Shown here: piece by piece, positions 12,691-24,250 of the stretch | How the letters are laid out: every line of letters begins with the position of its first letter | Numbering within the stretch: the first letter of the stretch is position 1 | NCBI GenBank assembly: GCA_013239625.1 | Contig: MU057340.1 | Span: 2,667,289-2,731,288 of the forward strand | Direction: 5' to 3' | Source: Lama guanicoe | Taxonomy: Eukaryota | DNA length: 64,000 nt | Notes under the pieces: model-generated | What the model saw: only the letters and a program-made list of their open reading frames with translations | Databases searched by the model: none | Told to the model about the DNA's origin: nothing | Program-made: the position numbers and the translations under genes

Positions 12691-14224
12691 CTGTAAAAGA
12701 AAATGTACATAGTTCAAAAATTCTTTGGCCCCTGCATATTTGTCTGGTGAATGCACGCCCATGCCCGCCCGCTCGCTCTTTACTTCTATCTCCAACATGA
12801 AGAACAGGACTTGGCACAGTCAAAAAGCACCATGTGAAGACCTGGCCTAACAAACCACATCTTAAAGACAGAGGCCACGTTCAAGTGGCCCAGAGGGTAT
12901 GAAACACATCAGTCTGTTCTGCAGTACAAGTTTCGCAGTAAGTGACAAAATTATTTCTGGCTACTCGGCTGAGAGAGAAAATTCTTTCAGCATCCTACCA
13001 AAGCACTGGATCAAGTTCTTCCTCCTGTCCACATGGTGGTTACTGACACACAAAATGGCAAGCCCAAAGTACAGCAAGGTCCTGAAGTAACTTCTGGATC
13101 AAGTTCATTGGTATTTTTAGTGCTGTATACTCTAGTATGTTCCGATTTTTTGCAAAGTCTTTATTTCTGTTGGGAATACTTAATAGAAGCTACAGTTTCA
13201 GATTCTAGGCATGCTGGATAACTTAGAGTTTAACTATATTGAGATTTTGGAAGACACTTAATGACAGATTCATTCAGTCGAGAAATATTTATTGAACAAC
13301 TGCTATGTGCCGGGCATAGGTCTAGAGGCTCGGGCTATTTTCTCGTGGTGATTCCCTTTCTTACGTATCTGGCTGTGGGTTACAGAGAAGTACACTTCTC
13401 TCTGGATAAATTACAGACACATTAGCCTCATGCCTACATGAGTATTTACTAAGTTTGTACACAAGGTATTCCACACACACCAGAAGAGATTAATTTGGCC
13501 CCCTCTCCCCTGGAACTCATCAAAGAAAGATAGTCCAACTTGTGCACGTGAGAAAGATAGAAGGCCAACAGGATAGCCACCTATGTGGAAAGAAGCCAGA
13601 CTCACTTATGAACTGGGAGTGGGCCAGGGGAGTAGGTCACAGTGTGGGTACCAGGATGCAGAGAAGTTGGGAACTAAGACAAATGGGAAGTTGCCACCTT
13701 CTGTTCCGCTGGGAACAGAGCAATCGTGTTCTGAGCAGGTGCTCTGATTCCTCCCAGAAAGAAACACACACTGGATCAATCCACCAACTTCAGAGCACAG
13801 GCAATGAACCTTGGCAAACAGGCACCCAGGCTTCCTATTTTGCCAGCTCAAGAGAGAAACTCACCAGAACGGAAACAAAGACATGTAATTGACATAGACA
13901 TTTGTGTCCTTATAGGTTTACAGACAGCACCACTGGAGCGGACAAAAACTACCAACAGAAACAGAACCCATATCCTTATCCTGAAAGTCTGGTTCCAAGT
14001 GCTTGGCATAATCTCAATCTCCTCACCATTTCCCCAACACCAAACATCAGACGTCTTCACGATGTTGAGATCTGTAGTAGTTTGTTCGTTCACACATTTT
14101 AAAAAATACCTGACCAGGCTTATTTTCTGTTCTTCGGTGTGTACCTTACTTACAGGCAGTAAGACAAGCTGGCCATGACATTAGAGCAACAGGCTAAAAA
14201 TATGATTACAACGAAGAGTTCCTG

Positions 14225-14400
14225 AAGGCCTGTTACATGCCATGCACATATATAAGGAATTCCATTTACCTCCACATTCTCCTGGAGGTAGGTATGACTT
14301 CATTTTACAGATGAGAAAACTGAGGTTCACAGACAGGAAGTAATATGCTCATGGCTACAGAGATAAAAGTAGGAATGGCGACTTGTGTCAGGACTGCCTA
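14225..14400 (-). mobile_element. MIR SINE
   Basis: gaggtaggtatg...cattttacagatgagaaaactgaggttcacaga. Confidence 0.75.
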
Positions 14401-14487
14401 ATTCCCTGATGCCTCGTTGTGACCAGTCAGAAGTCCAGAGCCAGGGTAGAAGAAAGAAACCAAACGCGGATTCAGCAACTTTCATCC

Positions 14488-14680
14488 ATAGCGCAGTGGT
14501 TAAGGGCTTAGGCTCTGGAGCCAAGCCTCCTAGGTTTCAGCCTTCTCTCTCCATTCCTGCATCCTCATCTGTCAAAGGGTGAAAAGAATAAGCCTACCTC
14601 TTTCGGGCTGTCGCGGGGTCTTAATACGTTAAGATTTAGAAGATGTTTTGAACCCCGCCTCGCACGTAAGTACTGCAAAA
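14488..14680 (+). mobile_element. MIR SINE (forward, head-to-head with the previous MIR)
   Basis: gcgcagtggttaagggcttaggctctggagcc...cctcatctgtcaaagggt...cctacctc. Confidence 0.75.
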
Positions 14681-15168
14681 CTGCCTGTTACGTATATAAA
14701 TAAAAAATTAAGCCTCTGGAAAATGCTCTTATCCTTTCTAAAGAAATCTCTCCCTGAGTGATGATGCCGAGCTTTATCACTTTATCCAAAGGGTCACAAG
14801 ATGACTCCCCTCCAGGGGCTGCATGACTCACAGCCTGTCCCTGACACGTCATTAGCTGGCACGGACGGCGGGAGTCAGCCACCAGCTCTGCTCTCACGCT
14901 GAACTGAAAGCACTGAATGCTTCTCCAGAGCTCCGAAGACTGCCAGAGGCTGGTCACGCTGACGGGGGGCAATGGTGCCACTCAGAGGCAGCTGTATTCT
15001 CTGTAAAGAAGCCACTCCTCAGATAAATGACATCCACCTCCCCCATCTCCAGCCTCTTTGCCCAGAGCGTGTATCACCAGCCAAGGAGTCCACGTGTAAA
15101 AATAGCATTTAACTATTACCAGCAACTGTAGTTAGCCAGACACAGAGGCCCTGACCCTCCAGTTAAGT

Positions 15169-15222
15169 CAGGGTCTCTTAGCTTCAACACAATTGACACT
15201 TTGGGCCAGATAATTCTTTGTT

Positions 15223-15264
<42 letters not shown>

Positions 15265-15393
15265 TGGGGGGCTGTCCTGTGCACTGTAGGGTGTTTGGCA
15301 GCATCCCTGGCCTCTAGGCACTGAAAGTAGCCATCCCCACCTATGACGACCAGAAATGTCTTCATCTCCAGACACTGCCAGTGTCCCTTGTGG
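15169..15393 (-). mobile_element. MER20 containing an expanded (TG)n
   Basis: cagggtctctt...ttgggccagataattctttg[TG]n ggggctgtcctgtgcactgtagggtgtttggcagcatccctggcctct. Confidence 0.88.
15226..15263 (+). repeat. (TG)~19 microsatellite
   Basis: Perfect dinucleotide run seen directly. Confidence 0.97.
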
Positions 15394-15870
15394 AGATATC
15401 AAGAGAGACTTTTGACAGAGGGGTTAGGGGAGAGACAAGGAAGTGTGAGCAGCCAGTCACTGAACTTGCTTTATGGGAGACTTTCACACACAGAGGGAAG
15501 GGCAGCACAGCTACAAATATGACAGGGAGTCCAGTGAGGGAGGGCGGGGGCTGGTAGAAGCCAAGCCCGTGCTGATGGTCTCTCAAGGGCTGGTAACCTT
15601 CTGCCTTTTCCTTAAAAGGTAACAGGGCTACTGGACAGAGACCCCTAACCCATAGTTACTGGTGACAGTCACTGATGGCGCACACCCTAGGTAGACCTCA
15701 AAGTTGTGACATCAGCATTAAAAAGACCCCTTTCCTCGATTCTTAAATACAGTCCATCAACAAATGTGACCTACTCTCTCTTGTTGACCCCACCTACCAG
15801 AGGCTGACCTTTTGTGACTCTGTGACATGAGGTGAATAAAGGAATTCACGATGAGAAGGATGTGGATGTT

Positions 15871-16030
15871 CACCATCACCATGACTGCCCCAACACTAAC
15901 ACCGCTGCTGTTGCTATGGCTACTATCGCTACAGCTGCTGCTGCTGCTGTTACTGCTGTTACTACTATTACTACTGTTACTACTATTACTACTATGCTGC
16001 TGCTCCTCCTCCACTACCATCACCACTCCA
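15871..16030 (+). repeat. Compound trinucleotide low-complexity repeat (CAC/CTG/CTA/TTA)
   Basis: caccatcaccat...ctgctgctgctgctgttactgctgttactactattactactgttactactattactact...ccactaccatcaccac. Confidence 0.9.
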
Positions 16031-16255
16031 TTTATTGAGCCCTATGCGTCAGCTATTATTCTAAGCACTTTACATGGATTAATGCATGTGATCCTGCCAA
16101 CATGAGAATTGTGTTGTCAATCCCATCTCCATTTAGCACATGAGTAAACCACAGCACAGACAGGTTAAGCAACTTGTCCTACGTGACTGCAGATCCACAT
16201 CCAAACCCAGAAAACCTGGCTCCAGACACGATGGCTCTTATCCACCATGCTATGC
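16030..16255 (-). mobile_element. MIR SINE
   Basis: atttattgagc...ctaagcactttacatggattaat...cacagacaggttaagcaacttgtcc...cctggctccagac. Confidence 0.8.
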
Positions 16256-18359
16256 TCCCTCTTAAGGACCACTTTGGGCGTGCTAGCCAGCAAACACCTC
16301 TGACCTGCTCCTTCTGAACACACTCAGATTAAACACAAGGCAGAAGCCAAAAGGTTTTGTGAAATCGTATCCCAACCACCCTCGAGACTCATGGATGCCA
16401 CTGTTCTGTGAGCAACTCCAACACTAAACATAATGAAGAACTTGTCTTTATCTTCTCCCTTAAAATGAAAATGGAATACAAGGCTATCAAACACCTTGGC
16501 CTTTACCTGGGTAGGCATCTTTTCTCTCCCAATCTGAAAAGAAAAAAGTTCATTTTCAACTCAGGCAGTTATCTGAGTCACTATTTTAAGGCATTTCAAC
16601 ACAAGATAAAAGATACTGAGTCAATAAAACACACAAGGACAAAGATGATCCCAAGCCTCTCTTCGTATCCTTACCAACAGGCTGGTACAGAGCTTGGCAC
16701 GCTGCAGTCATCACTAAGTGTGTGTTATGTAAGGGAATAAGTGATTGAATGAACAAATCAACAAATAAATGAGCTACAGTCTTCCCACAAATAAGGCTAG
16801 ACAAACTGTATCTTTCTAGGTGATGAAATTGTCTCTCATGTTCGAATTTTACAGTTAAACCTGCAAGAACTGTTAAGAGTTTTATTGCAATTTTAAACTA
16901 ATACCAGAATATTTTTGTATGTGTTTTAGTCTTAATGAGAACCCATACATTTGATAAGACTGAACATTCAAGAATAATTTCTATACAGTTTAATAAAGGA
17001 ATGAGGGTGAATAAATTCCTCCAAATTCTAGTATAACATTTTCGTATTTATCACTGTTTTACAGTTATTATACAGTAAAATGCATCCTCAGCAGGATTAC
17101 AATTTCCAATTACTAACAGGCTTTTAAATTTTTGTTTGTGCTTCAAAGCCTCAGCAATAAAAATTTAATCCCAACATGACAATTGCAATTCTGCATTCCT
17201 ATAACTTACTGTACATGATAAAGATGAGATCAAAGTAGTCGAAAACATTTAAAATGTTCCCCCTGGGGAAAGTAAGCTTTGGTTTCTATCACACCAGGAC
17301 TTTTTTGATCAAAGGAGACATCGACAGACTCTAAAAACAGGTGCTCTGGCAGCTTCTGTGAATTTTCATTTCTGGAAAGCCATGACATTAAGGATAAGAA
17401 GGGTCTGGAAGACGCTGCCACATCCTTGAGCAAGATAGCCAAGGAGAGATCACTGCCAGCTATACTTTCTCCCATAGCTGGAGTCCAAGGAGACAAGATC
17501 TCAGTAGAAAGGGGGTCCTGCTGGTGGGAAAAGGTCTATCAGTTTTTATACGTTTCTCAGCTAAACCCAGGAAACTGGGTGGTAAACCCTGATTGCCCAG
17601 ATCATCAAGCCAATCAATATCTGGGGATTTATCAAGAAAGGCTGTGCTTGGGGGCAATGCTGGCCCCCCACCACGCTCCCCTGGGACATGCTCCCAAAGC
17701 CTGCTGTCCCTCAGGATCAGCTGTGGAGTCAGAGGTACCAGGCTCCACTCTTGAGTCACTCAGTCGGAACTTGCAGAACCCACATGTCAAGGATTCTGGG
17801 CGCAGCCACAATCCAGAACTGCGTTTAAGGTGCAGGCACCACAATTCACTGGCACAGAACCAACTGTGAGATGAGCAAGGACTTCATCGGAACTGCCAGA
17901 AATCATTTTCATCTTCGCTTCTTCCTAATGCAGATCCCTCTCTATCTCGGCCACCCCAAGAGGCAGAGCTCGAGCAACAGAACCACAGAGCAGATTCACT
18001 TCCTGTTTCAGAGAAACTGACAAAGACAGGGCGTTAATGAGAAAGGAAGGTGCTAATGAAAAAAGAATTAACCCCAACCTCTCATTCCCACTGACTGCCA
18101 GGAATGTCAGGTTTCATCAGTTACAAGTTTTAAATTAATTTTAAAATGACCTTTCCATAGAAAGATATTACAGTTAGAGTAATGACCAAAATTCAGTCCA
18201 TTCATTATGTGCAAGGACATTCGAAACAGTGTTAGTTATAAAAGAGAAGAGTGCTATTTATTATAGATAAGAACTGGATACCACCCAAATACCCAACAAA
18301 AAGGTTATATTACATGATGGCCATTTATTCATAGGATGGAATCATCACTAAATTGGAAA

Positions 18360-18460
18360 CCCAGGGAGGGCAGAGAGCAGGTATGTCCTGTTATCTCTTT
18401 ATTTCCACAAGCTACTGACATCAGGAGCTCAATAAATGTTTATTGAATGGTTGGATGAAA
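18360..18460 (+). mobile_element. L2 3' terminus
   Basis: gagggcagagagc...aggagctcaataaatgtttattgaatggttggatgaa. Confidence 0.65.
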
Positions 18461-18626
18461 AAGAAAAAAATGTATGGCTGCTTAAAATATGTAATAGATG
18501 AGGAAATACAATAAAGATGAGTTTTAAAAGCTCTATAGTCCAGTATTTTAAAATGAGCACACATATATCTCTCATATCTATCTGCATTTAAATAAAGGAC
18601 CACAGAGAAATTTATCTGGGACTGGG

Positions 18627-18941
18627 AAAAAAAAAGGGACATAAATGAACTTATTTACAAAATAGACATAGACTCACAGACATAGTTATGGTTACCCAGG
18701 TAGAGAGGGGACGGGAAGGGATAAATTGGGAGTTAAGGATTTGCAGATACGAATTACTATACATAAAATAGATAAACAACAAGGTCTTACTGTATAGCAC
18801 AGGGAACTATATTCAATACCTTATAATAGCTTATAATGAAAAAAGAGTATGAAAAGAAATATATGTATGTACATATATGACTGAAACATGAAACACCAGA
18901 AATTAATACAACATCATAAACTGACTATACTTCAATTAAAA
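18627..18941 (+). mobile_element. Young L1 3' end with target-site duplication
   Basis: L1 3' UTR (aaatgaacttatttacaa...gggataaattgggag...ctgactatacttcaattaaaa) flanked by aaatttatctgggactggg (18608) and aaatttatctgggtttggg (18942). Confidence 0.92.
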
Positions 18942-19829
18942 AAATTTATCTGGGTTTGGGGACACCAAGTATTTTATTTTGTATTCTTTATTTGCAAGGA
19001 CGCAAAGCTGGGCTTGGGATCCTCTGCCCCAGTGTGTTTTATGGACAGTATCTTTTCTCTTGTGTTGAACAGTTTTGAAAGAGTGACTCAAGTGCCTGCT
19101 GGGGTTGAAAATGAATCCGAGGCCGAACCAGGAAAAGTCCCAGGTTTTCGACAGCTTCACGTTCCAATGCTCTGAATTTTTTTTTTTAATCAACATTCAC
19201 GTTACTCTGACCATTGCAAAGGCATTAAATACTACTTAAAAAGGCATCCAGTACAGTGTATTCTACCCTCAGAACTCAAGGATACTGGCCACAGGTACCC
19301 TGACATCCCCCCACCCCGAAGCATCTCAGTCATTGATTCTTACTGCTGTATCTCATCTGAGTTCTTAAAGCCACATGGTGGTGGACAACTCACCTGCACC
19401 TAAACTCACAAAGGCACCCTTCACCCTGCAGGTGTCGTAGGCAGCTGGAGCAGGTCACAGAGGGAGGGAACCATCACTATCCAGTCAAAGATCAGCTCAG
19501 AATTTCAGTATCACTGACTGTCATGCCCTTCTGGGTTAGGGGTATGAATTTAAGCTTTGACTCAGACTTGTACCTAGAAGTGAATGCTATTCTTGGGGTG
19601 CTGTGAGAGTGTCCTTAGTATTTCAAGGAACTTCTAGGCAGCAGAATCTGAAAAAGGATCCTATCTAAGTTGGTGGATAATATTAAATGCTCTCTGGAAT
19701 CTGGAAATGTCCAGAATGGAGTTCTTGGGCTGTTCTCTCAATTTTCCTGACATTTAGCCAGCTGAATGGAATAGGAATCCAGTAACTTAGCCCTTTGCCC
19801 AGAAAAGGACTCAGGCTCTAAAAGGAAGC

Positions 19830-20705
19830 ATACCATCAACAAAGCAAAAAGACAACCTACAGAATCGGAGAAAACATTTGCAAATGATGTGACCGACAAG
19901 GGACTAATTTTTCAAATATACAAANNNNNNNNNNNNNNNNNNNNNNNNNNNNNNNNNNNNNNNNNNNNNNNNNNNNNNNNNNNNNNNNNNNNNNNNNNNN
20001 NNNNNNNNNNNNNNNNNNNNNNNNNNNNNNNNNNNNNNNNNNNNNNNNNNNNNNNNNNNNNNNNNNNNNNNNNNNNNNNNNNNNNNNNNNNNNNNNNNNN
20101 NNNNNNNNNNNNNNNNNNNNNNNNNNNNNCATTAAAAAGTCCACAAATGATAAATGCTGGACAGGGTATGGAGAAAAAGGAACCCCCCTACACTGCTGGT
20201 GGGAATGGTAAACTGGTGTGCAGCCACTATGGAGGACAGTATGGAGGCTCCTTAAAAAACTATAAAATAGACTTACCATATGATCCAGCAATCCCACTCC
20301 TGGGCATATATCCAGAGGAAAATGTAATTTGAAAAGACACACATACTCCAGTATTCACAGCATCACTATNNNNNNNNNNNNNNNNNNNNNNNNNNNNNNN
20401 NNNNNNNNNNNNNNNNNNNNNNNNNNNNNNNNNNNNNNNNNNNNNNNNNNNNNNNNNNNNNNNNNNNNNNNNNNNNNNNNNNNNNNNNNNNNNNNNNNNN
20501 NNNNNNNNNNNNNNNNNNNNNNNNNNNNNNGAAGTACGCCAGAAAGAGAAAGAAAAATATCATGTGATATTGCTTATATGTGGAATCTAAAAAGAAAGAG
20601 ACAAATTAACTTACCTACAACACAGAAACAGACTCATGGACATAGAGAACAAACTTATGGTTACCAGAATGTAAAGAAGTTGGAAAGGGATAAATTGGGA
20701 ATTCA
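19830..20705 (+). mobile_element. L1 ORF2 C-terminal and 3' UTR fragment with two assembly gaps
   Basis: aaaagacaacctacagaatcggagaaaacatttgcaaatgatgtgaccgacaaggg...[12 protein letters not shown] motif; N runs at 19925-20129 and 20370-20530. Confidence 0.9.
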
Positions 20706-20714
20706 AAAATTGCA

Positions 20715-20862
20715 CCTCTTGGGGAGTGATGGAAATGTTAGCTATCTTGACTGTGGTGGTAGTTTCATGGGTGGATACATCTATCAAAATTCATCAAATT
20801 GTACACCTGAAATATGTGTCATTTACTGCATAGGAACCACACATAAAGCTGTTAAAAAAATA
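20715..20862 (+). mobile_element. Older L1M 3' end
   Basis: ggagtgatggaaatgttagctatcttgactgtggtggtagtttcatggg...tcatcaaattgtacac...ataaagctgttaaaaaaa. Confidence 0.7.
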
Positions 20863-21884
20863 AAAGATCAAGTCCATTTTCACCCAAAGTCCCCACTGAC
20901 TCCAGGGCATCTTCCCTGTTGGGAAAGGGCAGCTGCAGCCCAGCGCCCGAGCTCACCACTCACACTGGAAATAGTCCCCCCAACAGCTCCCACTTCAGAG
21001 ACAAAGCGAGCTTGGCCGCACCCAGCTTATCCCAAGCCCACAAAGGAAAGCTTTATCTTTCAAACAAGACAGTGACAATCACATGGCCTGTTTCTAAGAG
21101 GCCAAAGTCACTCTGTGGAGCTAACACCTTCAGAAAGGGGCCCAGGGAAGAGCCGAACAGCATCTCCCTGGAGCCCAGAGCAGCAGGTCCCGACCTGGCC
21201 GGGGTGGGGCCCCGTGATGGTGTTGTCTTTGCAGCCCAGGCTGATTCTGGCGGACAAGCCTTGCCTGTCTCTTTGGGGGGTGGGGGCAGGCCTGCCTTCC
21301 TCCGGAGCACGGCTCATTTCCTCTCCTGTCTAGTCGGGCCCCACCCCCTGTAACCCTGAAGAACAGCTACATAAACAGGTTCCTGAGGCCATGCATTCAA
21401 ACAAATAAACAGTGTCATGTCTAAAGGGATGATTCTGGCCGGTGGTACCAACTGCATGTACGTGCGGGCCAGGGTGAGCAATAACTCAACATCAACATGT
21501 AATTCACTAATCTGAGGGCTTCAATAAGCTTTGTCACACACGTAATCCTTACAGCAAGCCTATGACATACATGATATGATATCCTCTCTCTTACAAAAGA
21601 GGAGGCTGGCTTTTAAAACATCAGTGACTTGCCCGAGGTCATGCATGTAGCAAGGAGCCCTTCCACAAGCCACATATCAACACAGACTAGCTGCTTTCCA
21701 GGATAAACAATAGCTCCCATGGCAGGATCGCACATAATAGCTAGTTAGAGCAGCCTGGACGAGTCCAGAGGGAATCTCTTATTTCCTGTCTCACCAAAAA
21801 CATTACTGTATTACTGTGATTTTCAAATTAGCCTTAGCTGTAACTGTACCACACAGAGTTGGGATTAGGGGAGGCACTGGTGCT

Positions 21885-22115
21885 ATTCACTCACGGCTCC
21901 CACTATGTGCCAGGCATGTGCTAAGGCCCTGAGGTGCAGTGAGGGAACAGAAGAGACAAGACTCCCTGCTCTCTGGGGGCGTACATTCTAAGTGGGGGAG
22001 AGAAATGATACACACACACAATGAATATATGAGGACAGGTAGCTGAAGTGTCACAACGAATGAGAATGAAGGGAACTGACGGGGAGGAGGGAGTGACCTC
22101 TCTGGAGGGAAGACG
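21885..22115 (-). mobile_element. L2 3' end
   Basis: cactatgtgccaggcatgtgctaagg...gacaagactccctgctctctgggggcgtacattctaagtggggga. Confidence 0.75.
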
Positions 22116-22490
22116 CACAGGTGGAGAGAAGAGCAAGCACAGTGGCTCAGAGGCAGGAAGATATTCAGCTATTGCCCAACAGCTGGTCCTGGAAGACAGT
22201 GGTGCTGCCAGGCAGGCATGAGACAGGTGGGCTGCTCTTCAGGGTGGCTGTGAGCTCTACCCAAACAGTTCTGATGCAAAGAGCTGAGAAAGGGAGGAGC
22301 CAAGGCCCCCAGGGAAGATGAGGGACCTGCATCAGGGGCAGGACACTCTGAGCTTGAGGCAAACACCCTCAGGTGTGCACCCCCTCCTCCAGCCAGGACT
22401 GAAAGCAAGGGTGCCGAGTGAAAGAAAAGGGCTTAAGGACAAAGAGGGTACAAGAAAGAGCCTCCAGTTCCTCCCAGAGACCCATACTCT

Positions 22491-22789
22491 TTTTTTTTTT
22501 AACTTAAGTATAGCCAATTTACAATGTTGTGTTAGTCTCTGGTATACAGCTTGGTGATTCAGTTATACACACACAAGTATGTTTTCTTCTCCATATTCTT
22601 TTTCATTAGAGGTTAGTGCAAGATACTGAATATCCCTGTGCTGTACAGTAGAAACTGGTTGTTTATCTAATCTGATCTAATCTGCTAATCCCAAACTCCT
22701 AATTTATCCCTGTCTCCCTACCATTTACAATAGCCAAGACATGGAAGCAACCTAAAGATCCATCAACAGACGACTGAATAAAGAAGACA

Positions 22790-22830
<41 letters not shown>

Positions 22831-23032
22831 GAAATACTACTCAGCCACAAAAAAGAAAGATAATGTCATGTGCAGCAACATAGATGGACTTAGAGATTAT
22901 CATACTAAACTGGAAGGAGAAAGAAAAATACCATATGACATCCCTTACACGTGGAATCTAAAAAAATAACACAACGAGCTTATTTACAAACCAGAAACTG
23001 ACTCACAGACACAGAAAACAAATCTGTGGTCA
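22491..23032 (-). mobile_element. Young L1 with 5' inversion (twin priming) and 17-bp TSD
   Basis: Minus-strand 3' UTR at 22491-22720, then a plus-strand upstream L1 segment at 22721-23032. TSD ccagagacccatactct (22474-22490) / ccagagactcatattct (23033-23049). Internal (CA)n at about 22787-22828. Confidence 0.88.
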
Positions 23033-23899
23033 CCAGAGACTCATATTCTGATTGCACTCCTGTCTCAAACATCCCCGAGGTCATGTGCCAACTCCTGGAC
23101 TGGGCTGGGCGTGCCCATGAACTTGGTCAGCTCAGATGGGGATGCTGGGCAGACCAGGCCTCCACCACAGGATTGCTGGAAAAGCCCCAAACCCCACAGA
23201 GGCCCATTTCCAGGTTCCAAGTTTTTTAAAGCAGACAGCCCTTTCCTGAATCACACCAGCCACATCACTGCAGAGTAATCAAGGCCTCCTCAGACACACC
23301 AGACAGCCCAGGCTCTTTCTTCTCCCCGCTACCAGTTTCACTCCAAGAACTGCGCATTTTCCTCAAGGGCAGAGAATTTCTGCTTTGGCAATGATGGTTT
23401 TTCACATAACCCGGACCTCTGAAAAACAGCCCCTTGGTCAGATTTGTAGGAACAGAGCCAAAAAGAAAACACACCCCCCCCAAAACACCCCCAACAAACC
23501 TTCACAGGCTTCTATCTTCAATGAAATTCTACGTTTCTTCTTCTTCTTTTCATAGGAGATGTGGAACAAAACACAAGGCAAAGCTCCTGTCTGACTATGA
23601 CATCATGGCTTAGGTCTGCAACACCAGGGTCGGGGCTACACTTCCAAGCAACCTTAGGGAGCCACAAAGGCACCACAGTGAGGGTCCCCACTAACCCTTT
23701 GAGCGAAATCGTAAATAGCGTTCATGTCTTGGAATGGACATCCCCAGTCAATGAGGGCCACGGAAGCCCAAAGCTGTAACAGCTCCACCGCCCCCTGACC
23801 AGCAACCAAAAGCCCCACCCGGGTCTCCACCCCGATATCCTTAAGGAAACAGACAGAATTTCCTTGCCCCTTTCCTCCCTGCTCCCCCGTGGAGGTGAC

Positions 23900-24250
23900 A
23901 GTGGACAACAGGGCGGGCCAAGGCCGGCACCAGGCAGGGGCAAGCCAGGCCAGGCTCCCTCACAAGAACATCCATCCCCCTCTTCCCCCTCCTCCTCCCA
24001 TCACACTGAGACTCTCAGCTTGCAGGGCCACGGTACCCACGCCCCTCTGCCTTCTCTCCCCACATCAGCAGCGGCCACGCTGCTCGGGGCTCCCTCTGTT
24101 CCCGCCGCAGCCCCCTCTGCGCTGCCCCCGGTGCGCATGCGCACAGCCGGGACCCGGCGCACGCGCAGCTCCTGCCCGCACTCTGCCTCAGCCTCCCACC
24201 ACGTCCCCCACCCACCTGGCAGCTCCTCAGTGTCACCTGGGCTGAAAGAC
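23900..24250. promoter_or_regulatory. Intronic CpG-rich islet with tandem NRF1 motifs and a GC box (candidate promoter or enhancer)
   Basis: About 17 CpGs in 24030-24205; perfect palindrome GTGCGCATGCGCAC at 24131-24144; second GCGCACGCGCA at 24157-24167; GGGCGG at 23911. Confidence 0.5.

Noticed and set aside
12500-12853. 117-aa minus-strand ORF as a standalone gene
   Set aside because: Only 12690-12526 is exonic; the rest is intron read in frame beyond clear splice sites.
15757-16105. Poly-Leu signal-peptide-like and SSN-repeat ORFs
   Set aside because: Artefacts of translating a triplet microsatellite.
19857-21075. Long ORFs containing X runs (also at 50520-51394, 55775-56103, 60031-60532)
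   Set aside because: Their length comes from N gaps; the flanks are decayed L1.
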